57,091 bases of DNA from a virus, in the IMG/VR virus record IMGVR_UViG_3300018915_000004, positions 1 to 57,091 of that record, one strand, 5' to 3'. The notes beneath the pieces are model-generated. The model did no database searches. It saw only the letters and a program-made list of their open reading frames with translations, and was not told where the DNA came from. Positions 32,882 to 40,529 of the stretch are shown here, piece after piece; within the stretch, counting starts at the first letter, position 1, and every line of letters starts with the position of its first letter. Position numbers and translations under genes: made by a program.

Positions 32882-33253
32882 TTAATCGACTTGCCATTCA
32901 ATGTAGACACCCCACCGCCGCGCTAGCTTAATCTGGACAGTGCTTATGATGTCCCAAGCGTTAGCGAGATAGTCGCAAGCCTCATCATTCCGGCGATCGC
33001 TCCATTTGTCATGTAGTTTTTGATATTCTCGGTTAAGTGTCATGTTGCAACCGGATCGGGCTACATTAAAAAGCTTTTGAACGTCGCTATCTACAGCCGC
33101 CTCAGTTTTCCAGTGCTTGAACTCAATCCCCTGCTGGTAGATCCGAGTTGTCCAGTTTGTGTCGTATTCGCCGCCGTCCCAGGCTTGCTGGAAAGCTTGC
33201 AGGTGATGAGATGTCCAGAATAACGCGATTGTGTCTTTTAGTGGTGGGTTCAT
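32882..33253 (-). CDS. hypothetical protein
   Basis: 123-aa ATG ORF. Confidence 0.6.
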   Translation of the reverse strand: MNPPLKDTIALFWTSHHLQAFQQAWDGGEYDTNWTTRIYQQGIEFKHWKTEAAVDSDVQKLFNVARSGCNMTLNREYQKLHDKWSDRRNDEACDYLANAWDIISTVQIKLARRWGVYIEWQVD

Positions 33254-33741
33254 TCGGGTTGCTCCTGTTGCTTTTGCTTCTCTTTAGATAGTATCGTACT
33301 TTCTCCTAAAGATGCAACAAATTTGAGACATCTTTCCTCTACCTCTTTTTGTTCCAGCGCTGATTGATATCTGGCAGTTAGTAAACGTTGCTGTAACTCT
33401 AGCCGCGCTGCTTCTTTTTCTTGGTTAATCCTGATGATTTCCAGATCTGCCGCTATCTTCTGCTTAATGTAAAAATCGTACTGCCAGAGCAAGAAGCGGA
33501 TTTTCCGCCGTGGGTGTTGGATAGCATCAAGTAATCGAGTATTAAAACGCCAGATTGCCAGATTGACTCTACCCATAGGCGATCGCCAGAATTCTTTTAC
33601 ATCTTTGCAATTGGTTGCTTGGATCTGTGTCTTGCCTGGATGTGTTTCTATCCAAGCTTTGAGCGATCTTTCCTCATCTAATTGCCCAGACCATGTTAGA
33701 GCGTCGATCAGTCTCCATTTAGTTTGTACATTCTGATCCAT
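33250..33741 (-). CDS. hypothetical protein
   Basis: 163-aa ATG ORF. Contains motif copy 21 near its 3' end. Confidence 0.6.
   Translation of the reverse strand: MDQNVQTKWRLIDALTWSGQLDEERSLKAWIETHPGKTQIQATNCKDVKEFWRSPMGRVNLAIWRFNTRLLDAIQHPRRKIRFLLWQYDFYIKQKIAADLEIIRINQEKEAARLELQQRLLTARYQSALEQKEVEERCLKFVASLGESTILSKEKQKQQEQPE
33290..33299 (-). promoter_or_regulatory. -10-like GTACGATACT
   Basis: The GATACT hexamer lies 13 nt downstream of motif copy 21 and 36 nt upstream of ATG 33253. Confidence 0.5.
33309..33334. promoter_or_regulatory. 26-bp quasi-palindrome copy 21 (inside coding sequence)
   Basis: AAGATGCAACAAATTTGAGACATCTT. Identical to copy 5. Encodes RCLKFVASL. Confidence 0.85.
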
Positions 33742-34367
33742 CTTTCTATTCCTTTTGTTACTGCAATAAAGGCAATTTGTTCAATAGAGAAAAAGTCTTG
33801 ATTTTCATACCATGCTAAAGGATGTAAATCGTTCTTTGAACTATTGCAGCGAACACAGGCAGGGACTAAGTTAGATAAAGCGTGATCGCCTCCTCTACTG
33901 ATTGGGTAGATGTGATCTAGTGTTAGCTTTTGACTTGATCCGCAGTAGGCGCAAGTATTGCCAAATTCAGCAAATAACCTGTCTATGTCTTCTTTTAAAA
34001 TTGTTTCTAACTTTACTTTTCTTGTCCGCGATCGCCTTGCTTGAGAATTTAGCCGCCCTTGTTTTCTCGATTTTTCTAAATCTTTTTGGTATTGCCGTTT
34101 CTTTTCTTGTTTTTGCCGAACCGGATCGCTTTTTCGCCTAGCTCTCATTTGCTCTGTTTTTCTGGCTCTTATCTCTGGCTGAGATTCGTATGCTTTCTGC
34201 TGTACCTTTAGCCGTTCTATGTTTGCGTAGTAATAGTTAATTGAGCGCTCTCTGTTGCAGTCTATACAGCCGTCGTTGTCACTTCGTCTTAATCCCTGAT
34301 GCCCTCTTTTGCAAGGATTCCCTAAATACCATAAACCTGAAACAATGTTGGGGTGATCTGCGTCCAT
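33708..34367 (-). CDS. HNH endonuclease (paralog 2 of 3)
   Basis: CAYCGSSQKLTLDHIYPISRGGDHALSNLVPACVRCNSSKND plus an N-terminal CKRGH..CIDC. Confidence 0.85.
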   Translation of the reverse strand: MDADHPNIVSGLWYLGNPCKRGHQGLRRSDNDGCIDCNRERSINYYYANIERLKVQQKAYESQPEIRARKTEQMRARRKSDPVRQKQEKKRQYQKDLEKSRKQGRLNSQARRSRTRKVKLETILKEDIDRLFAEFGNTCAYCGSSQKLTLDHIYPISRGGDHALSNLVPACVRCNSSKNDLHPLAWYENQDFFSIEQIAFIAVTKGIERWIRMYKLNGD

Positions 34368-34490
34368 AACTGCAAGTGATTTATATGGACTCTAAGAATA
34401 CTTAGAGTTCTTTTTTGTTCCTAAAAATACTATACAACGCCTCGTTCTCTTAGCTAATATTGGGTGATGCACTGAAAACAGGTTTTTATT

Positions 34491-34856
34491 ATGCCTAATG
34501 GTTATTTAAGGGACGATGAGATTGAGGGAACCAAGCCCATAAAAGTCACGCCTTCTCCTCTTGGTTTTGAGTCTCAAAGAAGTGTTTTGTTGATGAGGGC
34601 TAATGGTCAAAGCTTGGCTACCTACTTGTGGAATTCTGTTGTAGCCGGATCTGGTAGCGACAACAATCAGCGAGTTATAGAGCGCGCCATTGCTGAGGAA
34701 ATGAAAGTTCTTGAGTTCATGGGATTACCCTGCGATTATGTAAGCGCGGCGCGATCGCTCTTAGTTGATTCTGGCGTTTACGAGTTAACCGATAGCGGAT
34801 TGCTTATTCCCAGTTCTGGAAGGAAAGCTAACGACGATACGATCTTGGAGGACTAA
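34491..34856 (+). CDS. hypothetical protein
   Basis: 121-aa ATG ORF. TAATAT lies upstream at ~34456. Confidence 0.6.
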   Translation: MPNGYLRDDEIEGTKPIKVTPSPLGFESQRSVLLMRANGQSLATYLWNSVVAGSGSDNNQRVIERAIAEEMKVLEFMGLPCDYVSAARSLLVDSGVYELTDSGLLIPSSGRKANDDTILED

Positions 34857-34862
34857 GATCGG

Positions 34863-34908
34863 ATCAGGGATCGGATCAGTAGGCGGATACTCCGATCCGA
34901 TCCCTGAT
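34863..34908. terminator. 15-bp perfect inverted repeat (GGGATCGGATC family)
   Basis: ATCAGGGATCGGATC, a 16-nt loop, then GATCCGATCCCTGAT, directly after stop 34856. Confidence 0.6.
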
Positions 34909-34909
34909 T

Positions 34910-34935
34910 GAGATGTCTCAAATTTGAGCTATCTT
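34910..34935. promoter_or_regulatory. 26-bp quasi-palindrome copy 22
   Basis: GAGATGTCTCAAATTTGAGCTATCTT, followed after 10 nt by GTATCATACT. Confidence 0.9.
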
Positions 34936-34945
34936 AATCAACAAA

Positions 34946-34955
34946 GTATCATACT
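34946..34955 (+). promoter_or_regulatory. -10 decamer variant GTATCATACT
   Basis: 8/10 match at the usual distance from the motif. Confidence 0.5.
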
Positions 34956-34974
34956 CGGTTGTCAGCAGCCTTGG

Positions 34975-34988
34975 AAGTATGGCACTAT
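34975..34988 (+). promoter_or_regulatory. 14-nt element AAGTATGGCACTAT (copy 1 of 2)
   Basis: Identical to 36730-36743. Lies 29 nt upstream of ATG 35018. The predicted TSS is at the edge of motif copy 23. Confidence 0.5.
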
Positions 34989-34993
34989 TAGAG

Positions 34994-35019
34994 AAGACGT
35001 ATCAAACTTGAGACATCAT
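34994..35019. promoter_or_regulatory. 26-bp quasi-palindrome copy 23 (degenerate)
   Basis: AAGACGTATCAAACTTGAGACATCAT. Its last two bases are the AT of ATG 35018. Confidence 0.65.
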
Positions 35020-36097
35020 GGACTTTAACCAACGCCGCCAACTGAGAAACGAGTTACGGGAGATTCAACGGGAATTAAGACAACCTTTGCCGCCTGAGGC
35101 ACACTTGATCCGTGAGATTAAGGGCGGCGATCTTTACATCTACCTCAATTGGGAGGCTGTCAGGGATTGCTTAGATGAGTTTGTACCAGATTATGAGCTA
35201 ACACTTCAACAGCCTGTAATTGATTATCAAGCTAACCTTTGCATCGGCGTAGGACGGTTGACAATTTGCGGCGTGTCAAAGGAGGCATTAGGCAGCGTCC
35301 CAATTAGCGAGAAAAGCAGTAAAGGTAATGAGATGCTACGCGGCAATTGTGTTGATAGGTGTCACGCGGAAGTTTTCAAAAATTGCGCGGAAGCTTGGGG
35401 TATTGGTCGATACATAGGCGATCAACTGTTTTGTCTTCAATATCTCAAAGCTAATTTATCAGCCCTGCCTCAAGAGTATCGAAATAAGCTCAATGTCATT
35501 ACAAGCCAGTTACAGCAGAAGCTTAGGAAGGGAGAAAATGTGTCTATGTATGGCACCTCTCAAACGGCGCGGCGTGTTGCTCCATCTGAAAGCACCGATC
35601 TACTGGGCGCGATGAATGGAGATTTAAAACCCAAGTCAAAAGCGATCGCCTCAACGCCGCGCCCAAGCAAGCCGCGCCAGATCGAGCAAGCCGCGCCCAT
35701 TGCCGATCCTCCACAGCAACCCGCGCCGCAACAACAGCAAGATTCGTTGCCGCCTGAGTTGTATCCACAGCACAACACAATAATTAACCAAGCGGCAAGT
35801 ACTGCCAATGTCTCTAAGGGTTGGATCAGGGACTATTTAGGCAAGAGTCGAGAGGGATTAAAGCCAGGACATCTCAACCCTGATGATATGCTGATCCTGC
35901 TGGAAGCGATCGCCGTTCAAGGCTTCACTGCAAAGTATCAGGATGCAAAAGCTTGCCGCGCCGCCTACCGCGCTAAGCTGGCAGTTTTAGCGCCAGAGGG
36001 ATCGGGTTTAACTCAAGCTGTGAAAGCTTTTGAGTTGTTTTGTGAACAGTCACAACAACTGAAAGCACCCGTGTTGTCAGGCGGCAGGAGTAACTGA
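35018..36097 (+). CDS. Rad52/Sak-like single-strand annealing protein (tentative)
   Basis: ..IKGGDLYIYLNWEAVRDCLDEFVP.YEL......NLCIGVGRLTICG... resembles the N-terminal annealing domain. The C-terminus is Pro/Gln-rich. Confidence 0.5.
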   Translation: MDFNQRRQLRNELREIQRELRQPLPPEAHLIREIKGGDLYIYLNWEAVRDCLDEFVPDYELTLQQPVIDYQANLCIGVGRLTICGVSKEALGSVPISEKSSKGNEMLRGNCVDRCHAEVFKNCAEAWGIGRYIGDQLFCLQYLKANLSALPQEYRNKLNVITSQLQQKLRKGENVSMYGTSQTARRVAPSESTDLLGAMNGDLKPKSKAIASTPRPSKPRQIEQAAPIADPPQQPAPQQQQDSLPPELYPQHNTIINQAASTANVSKGWIRDYLGKSREGLKPGHLNPDDMLILLEAIAVQGFTAKYQDAKACRAAYRAKLAVLAPEGSGLTQAVKAFELFCEQSQQLKAPVLSGGRSN

Positions 36098-36099
36098 TC

Positions 36100-36717
36100 A
36101 TGGTAGAGGCGGCTGTAAAAGCCTCTAGAGTTGCCGTCAATGTCTCCAAGGCAGGATATACAACTTGGGTTGATAAATGCAGCAACACCACGATTCTAGA
36201 GCTAGTAGACATTGAGATTGTTTGGGGCGTAAAACCTGCTGATCGCTGGCAAGGGCAACTTGTAAAAGATCCTGATGTCCTCAGGATCTTAGACAAGATA
36301 AAAAGATCGTCCACATTAGGCGCTAAATCTTACGCCGCTAAGTTAGATAAGCTCAGCTTCCTAGATTATCGTTTTGGCGCTTGCCAGCAATTACTTACAA
36401 CTGAGGACGGCAAGAAGCATCCTTGCAATGCGCCGATCGCCATTCCTGGTTTGGATGGCTGGAAGTGTTGCCGCTGTAACTGGGTACACAAAACAGACCT
36501 AACAGCCATTACAACCCAGACACGCAAGGCAACGCGGAAGCCTAGAAAGATCGAGCAAGTACCGTTGCCTGAATTGCCATCAAGTCAGTTGGCGCTATTT
36601 GAGGAAACAACACCAACGCCAGTAGAGGCAGAAGTTGCCGCCGTCTGGTCACTCCCCACGGAGGAGGATCAGGAGGCGGCAAGTTTAGAACTGATCGAGC
36701 AATACGCCGATGATTGA
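36100..36717 (+). CDS. hypothetical protein
   Basis: 205-aa ATG ORF with C..P......WKCCRC and an acidic tail. Confidence 0.6.
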   Translation: MVEAAVKASRVAVNVSKAGYTTWVDKCSNTTILELVDIEIVWGVKPADRWQGQLVKDPDVLRILDKIKRSSTLGAKSYAAKLDKLSFLDYRFGACQQLLTTEDGKKHPCNAPIAIPGLDGWKCCRCNWVHKTDLTAITTQTRKATRKPRKIEQVPLPELPSSQLALFEETTPTPVEAEVAAVWSLPTEEDQEAASLELIEQYADD

Positions 36718-36729
36718 CGCTATAGGGTC

Positions 36730-36743
36730 AAGTATGGCACTAT
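36730..36743 (+). promoter_or_regulatory. 14-nt element AAGTATGGCACTAT (copy 2 of 2)
   Basis: 27 nt upstream of ATG 36771. Confidence 0.5.
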
Positions 36744-36770
36744 CGAGGATCATTCGTTGCACTTGACCCT

Positions 36771-37301
36771 ATGACTTACAACAAGTATTCAACAGCCCTG
36801 GCAACGCCTATTTATCAGGCGTTGCTAGCATTAGAAACCCTGACACCCAAGCAGGAGTTGACTCAGGTAATAGAGTTTGATTTCTTGCCGCCGACGCTCA
36901 ATGACCTGTTACGCGCTGGTAAGGGTGAAAATGGGCGATATATGCTCTCAGAGTGTAAGCGGGTTGCCCAGGCGAGGGCGATCGCCTGTATTAAGCAGCA
37001 AGGGATTAAACCTTACTCAGGTAGAGTCTGGCTAGAGTGTTGTTGGTTTACAAGCTTTCAGCATGACCATGACAACCTTGTAGCAGCCCTTAAAGCGATC
37101 CTTGATGCTTTGAGTGACCTCAACATTATTATTAATGACAACCTTCAAGCGATCGCCGCGCCGCCTCTCCACTGGCATGAAAAGCTAGGCAAAGGAGAGG
37201 AGGATCATGTAACCCTTGTTTTGAGCAACACGCCGCGACACAACATAGAGCGCTATAAGCTTTATTTAGATGCGCTAACTGATGCTCTAGACTCTTTCTA
37301 A
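36771..37301 (+). CDS. RusA-like Holliday junction resolvase (tentative)
   Basis: LPPTLNDLLR...HDHDNLVAALKAILDALSDLNIIINDN parallels the RusA PPS.N and D.DN..K...DAL....DD blocks. Confidence 0.5.
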   Translation: MTYNKYSTALATPIYQALLALETLTPKQELTQVIEFDFLPPTLNDLLRAGKGENGRYMLSECKRVAQARAIACIKQQGIKPYSGRVWLECCWFTSFQHDHDNLVAALKAILDALSDLNIIINDNLQAIAAPPLHWHEKLGKGEEDHVTLVLSNTPRHNIERYKLYLDALTDALDSF

Positions 37302-37302
37302 A

Positions 37303-37342
37303 ATGATGTCTCAAATTTGGGCGATCATTCTTGAGACATCTT
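37303..37342. promoter_or_regulatory. 26-bp quasi-palindrome copy 24 plus an extra half-site
   Basis: ATGATGTCTCAAATTTGGGCGATCAT (37303-37328) followed by TCTTGAGACATCTT. Confidence 0.85.
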
Positions 37343-37349
37343 GAGAGCG

Positions 37350-37359
37350 GTGTGATACT
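37350..37359 (+). promoter_or_regulatory. -10 decamer variant GTGTGATACT
   Basis: 9/10 match, 7 nt after the extra half-site and 30 nt upstream of ATG 37390. Confidence 0.6.
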
Positions 37360-37389
37360 ATTAAATCAATTAACCACGAGGATCGATAA

Positions 37390-38349
37390 ATGCCTAGGAC
37401 ATCAAAAGCGGCGGCGGCAGTAAAGTCAGCAACTCCAAAAACCCCAAAAACAAGAACGGCTACCAAACCAACGGCAAAAGCAGCGGCAGTCTCAGCCGCT
37501 CAAAAGAAAATTGACGATCTAGCTGAGCGTATTAAGGTTGAAGGGTTTGTGATTGCCAAGACAGAGGGCGGCAAGTATGCGATTAAGAAAAAAGGTGGAC
37601 GCAAGCCAATCCAGGACGGCTTAACGATTGCTGGCGTTGAGGCTTGGGTTGTTGGGTATTTTGCCAAAAGCAAGGAAACAACGGAACAAACGGCAGCAAA
37701 GCAGGAGGCGATCGCGCTTGAGGAAGATGAGGAGGTTGAGGATCACGAGTGGGAAGAAACAAAAAGCGGCAATTTAAAAGTCTATCTTCTCCAATATCGA
37801 GGACAGTTTTTAAAACTTGTAGAGGCTAATTACGATCCCGATCTTTGGGCTGTTTACCTCGGTAAAGTCCTTAAAGCAAATGCTGTTAAAGGTCTAGACA
37901 ATGCCAAGAAAGCAGCAACTGACGCGGCAGATAAAGAACACTCACAACAGCTTGTAGAGGCAACGGCAGACGCGATCACGGCGGCAACAACGGCAGAGGA
38001 TGAGGAGGAACAAGAATTTCTTGCTAACTTACCAAGCCGCAACCCAAACACGAAGCCAGAACTAGCAGCGGCGCTTAAGGCTGTCTTTGATTTTCCAGCA
38101 GAGGGCGAATTTATCGGAACGGCGGCAACGCCTACTGAGGAGATTAATAAGCAACTCAGCAAGCTTGCGGAAAAGCAATCTAAGGGAGAGTTAACCGTTG
38201 CCGATGTGTGCAAGGTCATAGGGGTAAATGAAACTAGCAACCGTTTAGAAATTGCTCTAAAACTTGCTATCAATGGGATTGAAGTTTTATTTCTGAGTGA
38301 TAATCGCGTTGAGCTAACAACCGCCGCGCCTGAGGTGATACCCTTTTAG
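37390..38349 (+). CDS. hypothetical protein with a histone-H1-like basic N-terminus and an acidic core
   Basis: KAAAAVKSATPKTPKTRTATKPTAKAAAVSAAQKK at the N-terminus. Confidence 0.6.
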   Translation: MPRTSKAAAAVKSATPKTPKTRTATKPTAKAAAVSAAQKKIDDLAERIKVEGFVIAKTEGGKYAIKKKGGRKPIQDGLTIAGVEAWVVGYFAKSKETTEQTAAKQEAIALEEDEEVEDHEWEETKSGNLKVYLLQYRGQFLKLVEANYDPDLWAVYLGKVLKANAVKGLDNAKKAATDAADKEHSQQLVEATADAITAATTAEDEEEQEFLANLPSRNPNTKPELAAALKAVFDFPAEGEFIGTAATPTEEINKQLSKLAEKQSKGELTVADVCKVIGVNETSNRLEIALKLAINGIEVLFLSDNRVELTTAAPEVIPF

Positions 38350-38409
38350 TAGTTTGTGAGCATAGGTAAGCAAGGGAGGACGGCAACGCCTCTCTTTTTT
38401 TGTGCCTAT

Positions 38410-38435
38410 AAGAACGCTCAAATTTGGGACAACAA
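38410..38435. promoter_or_regulatory. 26-bp quasi-palindrome copy 25 (one arm degenerate)
   Basis: AAGAACGCTCAAATTTGGGACAACAA, after a T7 run and 27 nt upstream of ATG 38463. Confidence 0.7.
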
Positions 38436-38462
38436 GGATAATGAAATTTTAGCTTCTCTCTC

Positions 38463-39083
38463 ATGCTTAAACTCTCCAAGGCAGCAGTAAACCTCCTTAG
38501 GCAAGCCTCAGGTGATAAGCCTGTGATGTCTAAAGATACGCGGCGCAATTACCGCGATCTTGAATCAGCCTATGGGCGCTTGGCTCAAGTTTTTCTCTAT
38601 GTAAATCAGGATGCGATCGCTGATCTTCCTGGTGAGAGCATTGACGATATACACTCGGTAATCAGCCGGATCTATGAGTCGCTATACTGGGCGCGGCGGT
38701 CACTTACCGCGCCGCCTAACGATGGTTACTCGCGGATCACTTGGTCTGTGGTTGATGAGAAAAAGAACGGCGTGATTGCTGAGTGCTACAGGCTAGTGAG
38801 CGATCGCCTAGTTCGCTACTGTCCTCCTAATTTGTTTTTAGAAAACAGCTTGATCCGCCTAAGCAACTCCTATGCAATCGCGGCAGATGTAACCGCAATC
38901 TCAACCAGTATCCTTAGATCGCGCCGACATCGGCAGCAAGATCCAAAGCATAAAGAACAAGGGCAGATTAGTGATCTTGCAGGATGTAAGCTTGCTGATG
39001 GATCTTGCATTACTGATTGTAAGATTGCTGATAGTTCGTGTCCTGCGTTTCATGCTCTAAAGGCGGCGTTACTACCTCGCTAG
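38463..39083 (+). CDS. hypothetical protein
   Basis: 206-aa ATG ORF. C-terminal CK(L/I)AD.SC occurs twice. Overlaps the convergent gene by 74 nt. Confidence 0.55.
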   Translation: MLKLSKAAVNLLRQASGDKPVMSKDTRRNYRDLESAYGRLAQVFLYVNQDAIADLPGESIDDIHSVISRIYESLYWARRSLTAPPNDGYSRITWSVVDEKKNGVIAECYRLVSDRLVRYCPPNLFLENSLIRLSNSYAIAADVTAISTSILRSRRHRQQDPKHKEQGQISDLAGCKLADGSCITDCKIADSSCPAFHALKAALLPR

Positions 39084-39765
39084 TCTCCTCCATTGCTTTT
39101 ACTTTGTTTTCAACGCCCTTGAGCGCTTGCTGTAGCCGCTTTAAAGATTCAGTCTGCGAGATTGCGTCTTTCTGTCCTTTTAGGTAGTTCACTTGACCGT
39201 GTATTGAGCGGATCTCATCATAAAAACTTTTGAGTAGGGCGAAGCGCTCCTGCAATACCTCATACCTGTAGTTGTCTATTTTTTCATCTAAGAGGCGATC
39301 GCTTTTTTCCAGCGCTTTGATAATCTCGCCATGTTCGGCAAAGCTTCCCCTTAAACTCGCCTGTTGCAGCATTAGCGAATCAATCCTTCCCTCAAGGCGT
39401 TTTACCATAGCTTCAAAGGATTCTGAGACAGTCTTGATCGTCGCGGCGTTTGCTGTTGCCCTCTCCCGCGCCTGTTCTAGCTTGTCTTTCTCGCGCTCGC
39501 TGTACCACTGCCAGTAGGTTGTAGCAGCAGTGACCACAATGCCGATCCAAACCTCCGTCCCAACTTTGCTGACTTTTTCCCCTACTTTGTAGCGCCGATC
39601 TGCCCACTGAAAAACAATCAAGCCGATTGCAACGATTAAACCAATCCTGACAAAAGCAATTATGGTTGAGGTCGCCTCTTTCCGCCGCCCTCTGGGAGGC
39701 GTTACTATTGGCGGCGGCGTTTCATTCGTCGGCGGCGTAGAGTTCGGGGGGAATGTAGGTGTCAT
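39010..39765 (-). CDS. membrane coiled-coil protein
   Basis: 251 aa. Pro/Thr-rich N-terminus, two hydrophobic helices, then a coiled coil. Confidence 0.6.
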   Translation of the reverse strand: MTPTFPPNSTPPTNETPPPIVTPPRGRRKEATSTIIAFVRIGLIVAIGLIVFQWADRRYKVGEKVSKVGTEVWIGIVVTAATTYWQWYSEREKDKLEQARERATANAATIKTVSESFEAMVKRLEGRIDSLMLQQASLRGSFAEHGEIIKALEKSDRLLDEKIDNYRYEVLQERFALLKSFYDEIRSIHGQVNYLKGQKDAISQTESLKRLQQALKGVENKVKAMEETSEVVTPPLEHETQDTNYQQSYNQ

Positions 39766-40204
39766 CGCTTAGGGGTAAATTGTCGCTGACTTTATTGTGT
39801 GGGCGTAAGTATATAAATTTTACGCTGCCTTTTAGTAGTGACACCTCATCTCTATCTTTTAGTAGAACTTTTTCCCCTACTTCCAGTTTTCGGCTGTTTA
39901 CCCAGGTTCCTATCTGGCTTGAGAGGATAGGGGCGTTAGGATTGGCGATCGTAGCCTCGCCTGGTCTGCCGTCCATGATTTCAAAATCATTTTGCTCATC
40001 CCATTTAAACATCGTGGCATGATAGCGGCTGATCGCTGCTCCTGCTGCGCCCTTAGCATAATCTATCCGCAACTCACAATCTTTTGCCCTGCCAACGCGG
40101 ATTGTAGGGAATGTTAAGTGTTTACGGCGGATCTCTATCCAGTCAGAGCGATCGCCTGGATAGGGTTTATACAATAAGATTACCGTTGCTATGATCTGGC
40201 TCAT
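39722..40204 (-). CDS. FHA domain protein
   Basis: ..IRVGRAKDCELRID....ISRYHATM......FEIMDG.......GTWVNSRKLEVGEKVLLKDRDEVSL follows the G-R...S-x-x-H...N pattern. Confidence 0.65.
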   Translation of the reverse strand: MSQIIATVILLYKPYPGDRSDWIEIRRKHLTFPTIRVGRAKDCELRIDYAKGAAGAAISRYHATMFKWDEQNDFEIMDGRPGEATIANPNAPILSSQIGTWVNSRKLEVGEKVLLKDRDEVSLLKGSVKFIYLRPHNKVSDNLPLSDDTYIPPELYAADE

Positions 40205-40218
40205 ACCTAGGGGTTTAT

Positions 40219-40476
40219 ATGAATTCTACCGATAAACGAACTGCAACGCCTGTTGCTGAAATCTTGCAAGCCTCGACACCACATTGTCTTGCTATTTGCG
40301 CGGCGCTGATCTCGATTGCCGCAATTCTCAGCAACTCAACTGATTCTGTAAAGATTGCTTTTGCAGGAGCGGCGGCGACGGGTTTGGGCGCGGCGGCAGG
40401 TTTAGCACGATCGCCAGATAGTAAGGCAGGAGTAAAACAGATCAGCAACGCTGAAAACGTAGACGTAAATTTATGA
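40219..40476 (+). CDS. hypothetical small protein with one hydrophobic segment
   Basis: 85-aa ATG ORF preceded by AGGGG. Preferred over the overlapping TTG-start - strand ORF. Confidence 0.4.
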   Translation: MNSTDKRTATPVAEILQASTPHCLAICAALISIAAILSNSTDSVKIAFAGAAATGLGAAAGLARSPDSKAGVKQISNAENVDVNL

Positions 40477-40478
40477 TG

Positions 40479-40504
40479 AAGATAGACCAAATTTGAGCTA
40501 TCTT
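40479..40504. promoter_or_regulatory. 26-bp quasi-palindrome copy 26
   Basis: AAGATAGACCAAATTTGAGCTATCTT, 2 nt after stop 40476. Confidence 0.9.
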
Positions 40505-40513
40505 TTAAGACTG

Positions 40514-40523
40514 GTGTTATATT
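40514..40523 (+). promoter_or_regulatory. -10 decamer variant GTGTTATATT
   Basis: 9/10 match, 9 nt downstream of motif copy 26. Confidence 0.65.
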
Positions 40524-40529
40524 AAATAA

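Noticed and set aside
38387-38401. T7 run after gene 37390..38349 as a terminator
   Set aside because: The preceding sequence forms only a weak, interrupted stem (GAGG/CCTC plus GGC/GCC), which is not enough to call a terminator.
40215-40490. ORF 40215..40490 (-), overlapping 40219..40476 (+)
   Set aside because: It has a TTG start inside motif copy 26 and an Ala-rich shadow translation. The + strand ATG ORF with an upstream AGGGG is the better candidate, though itself only weakly supported.
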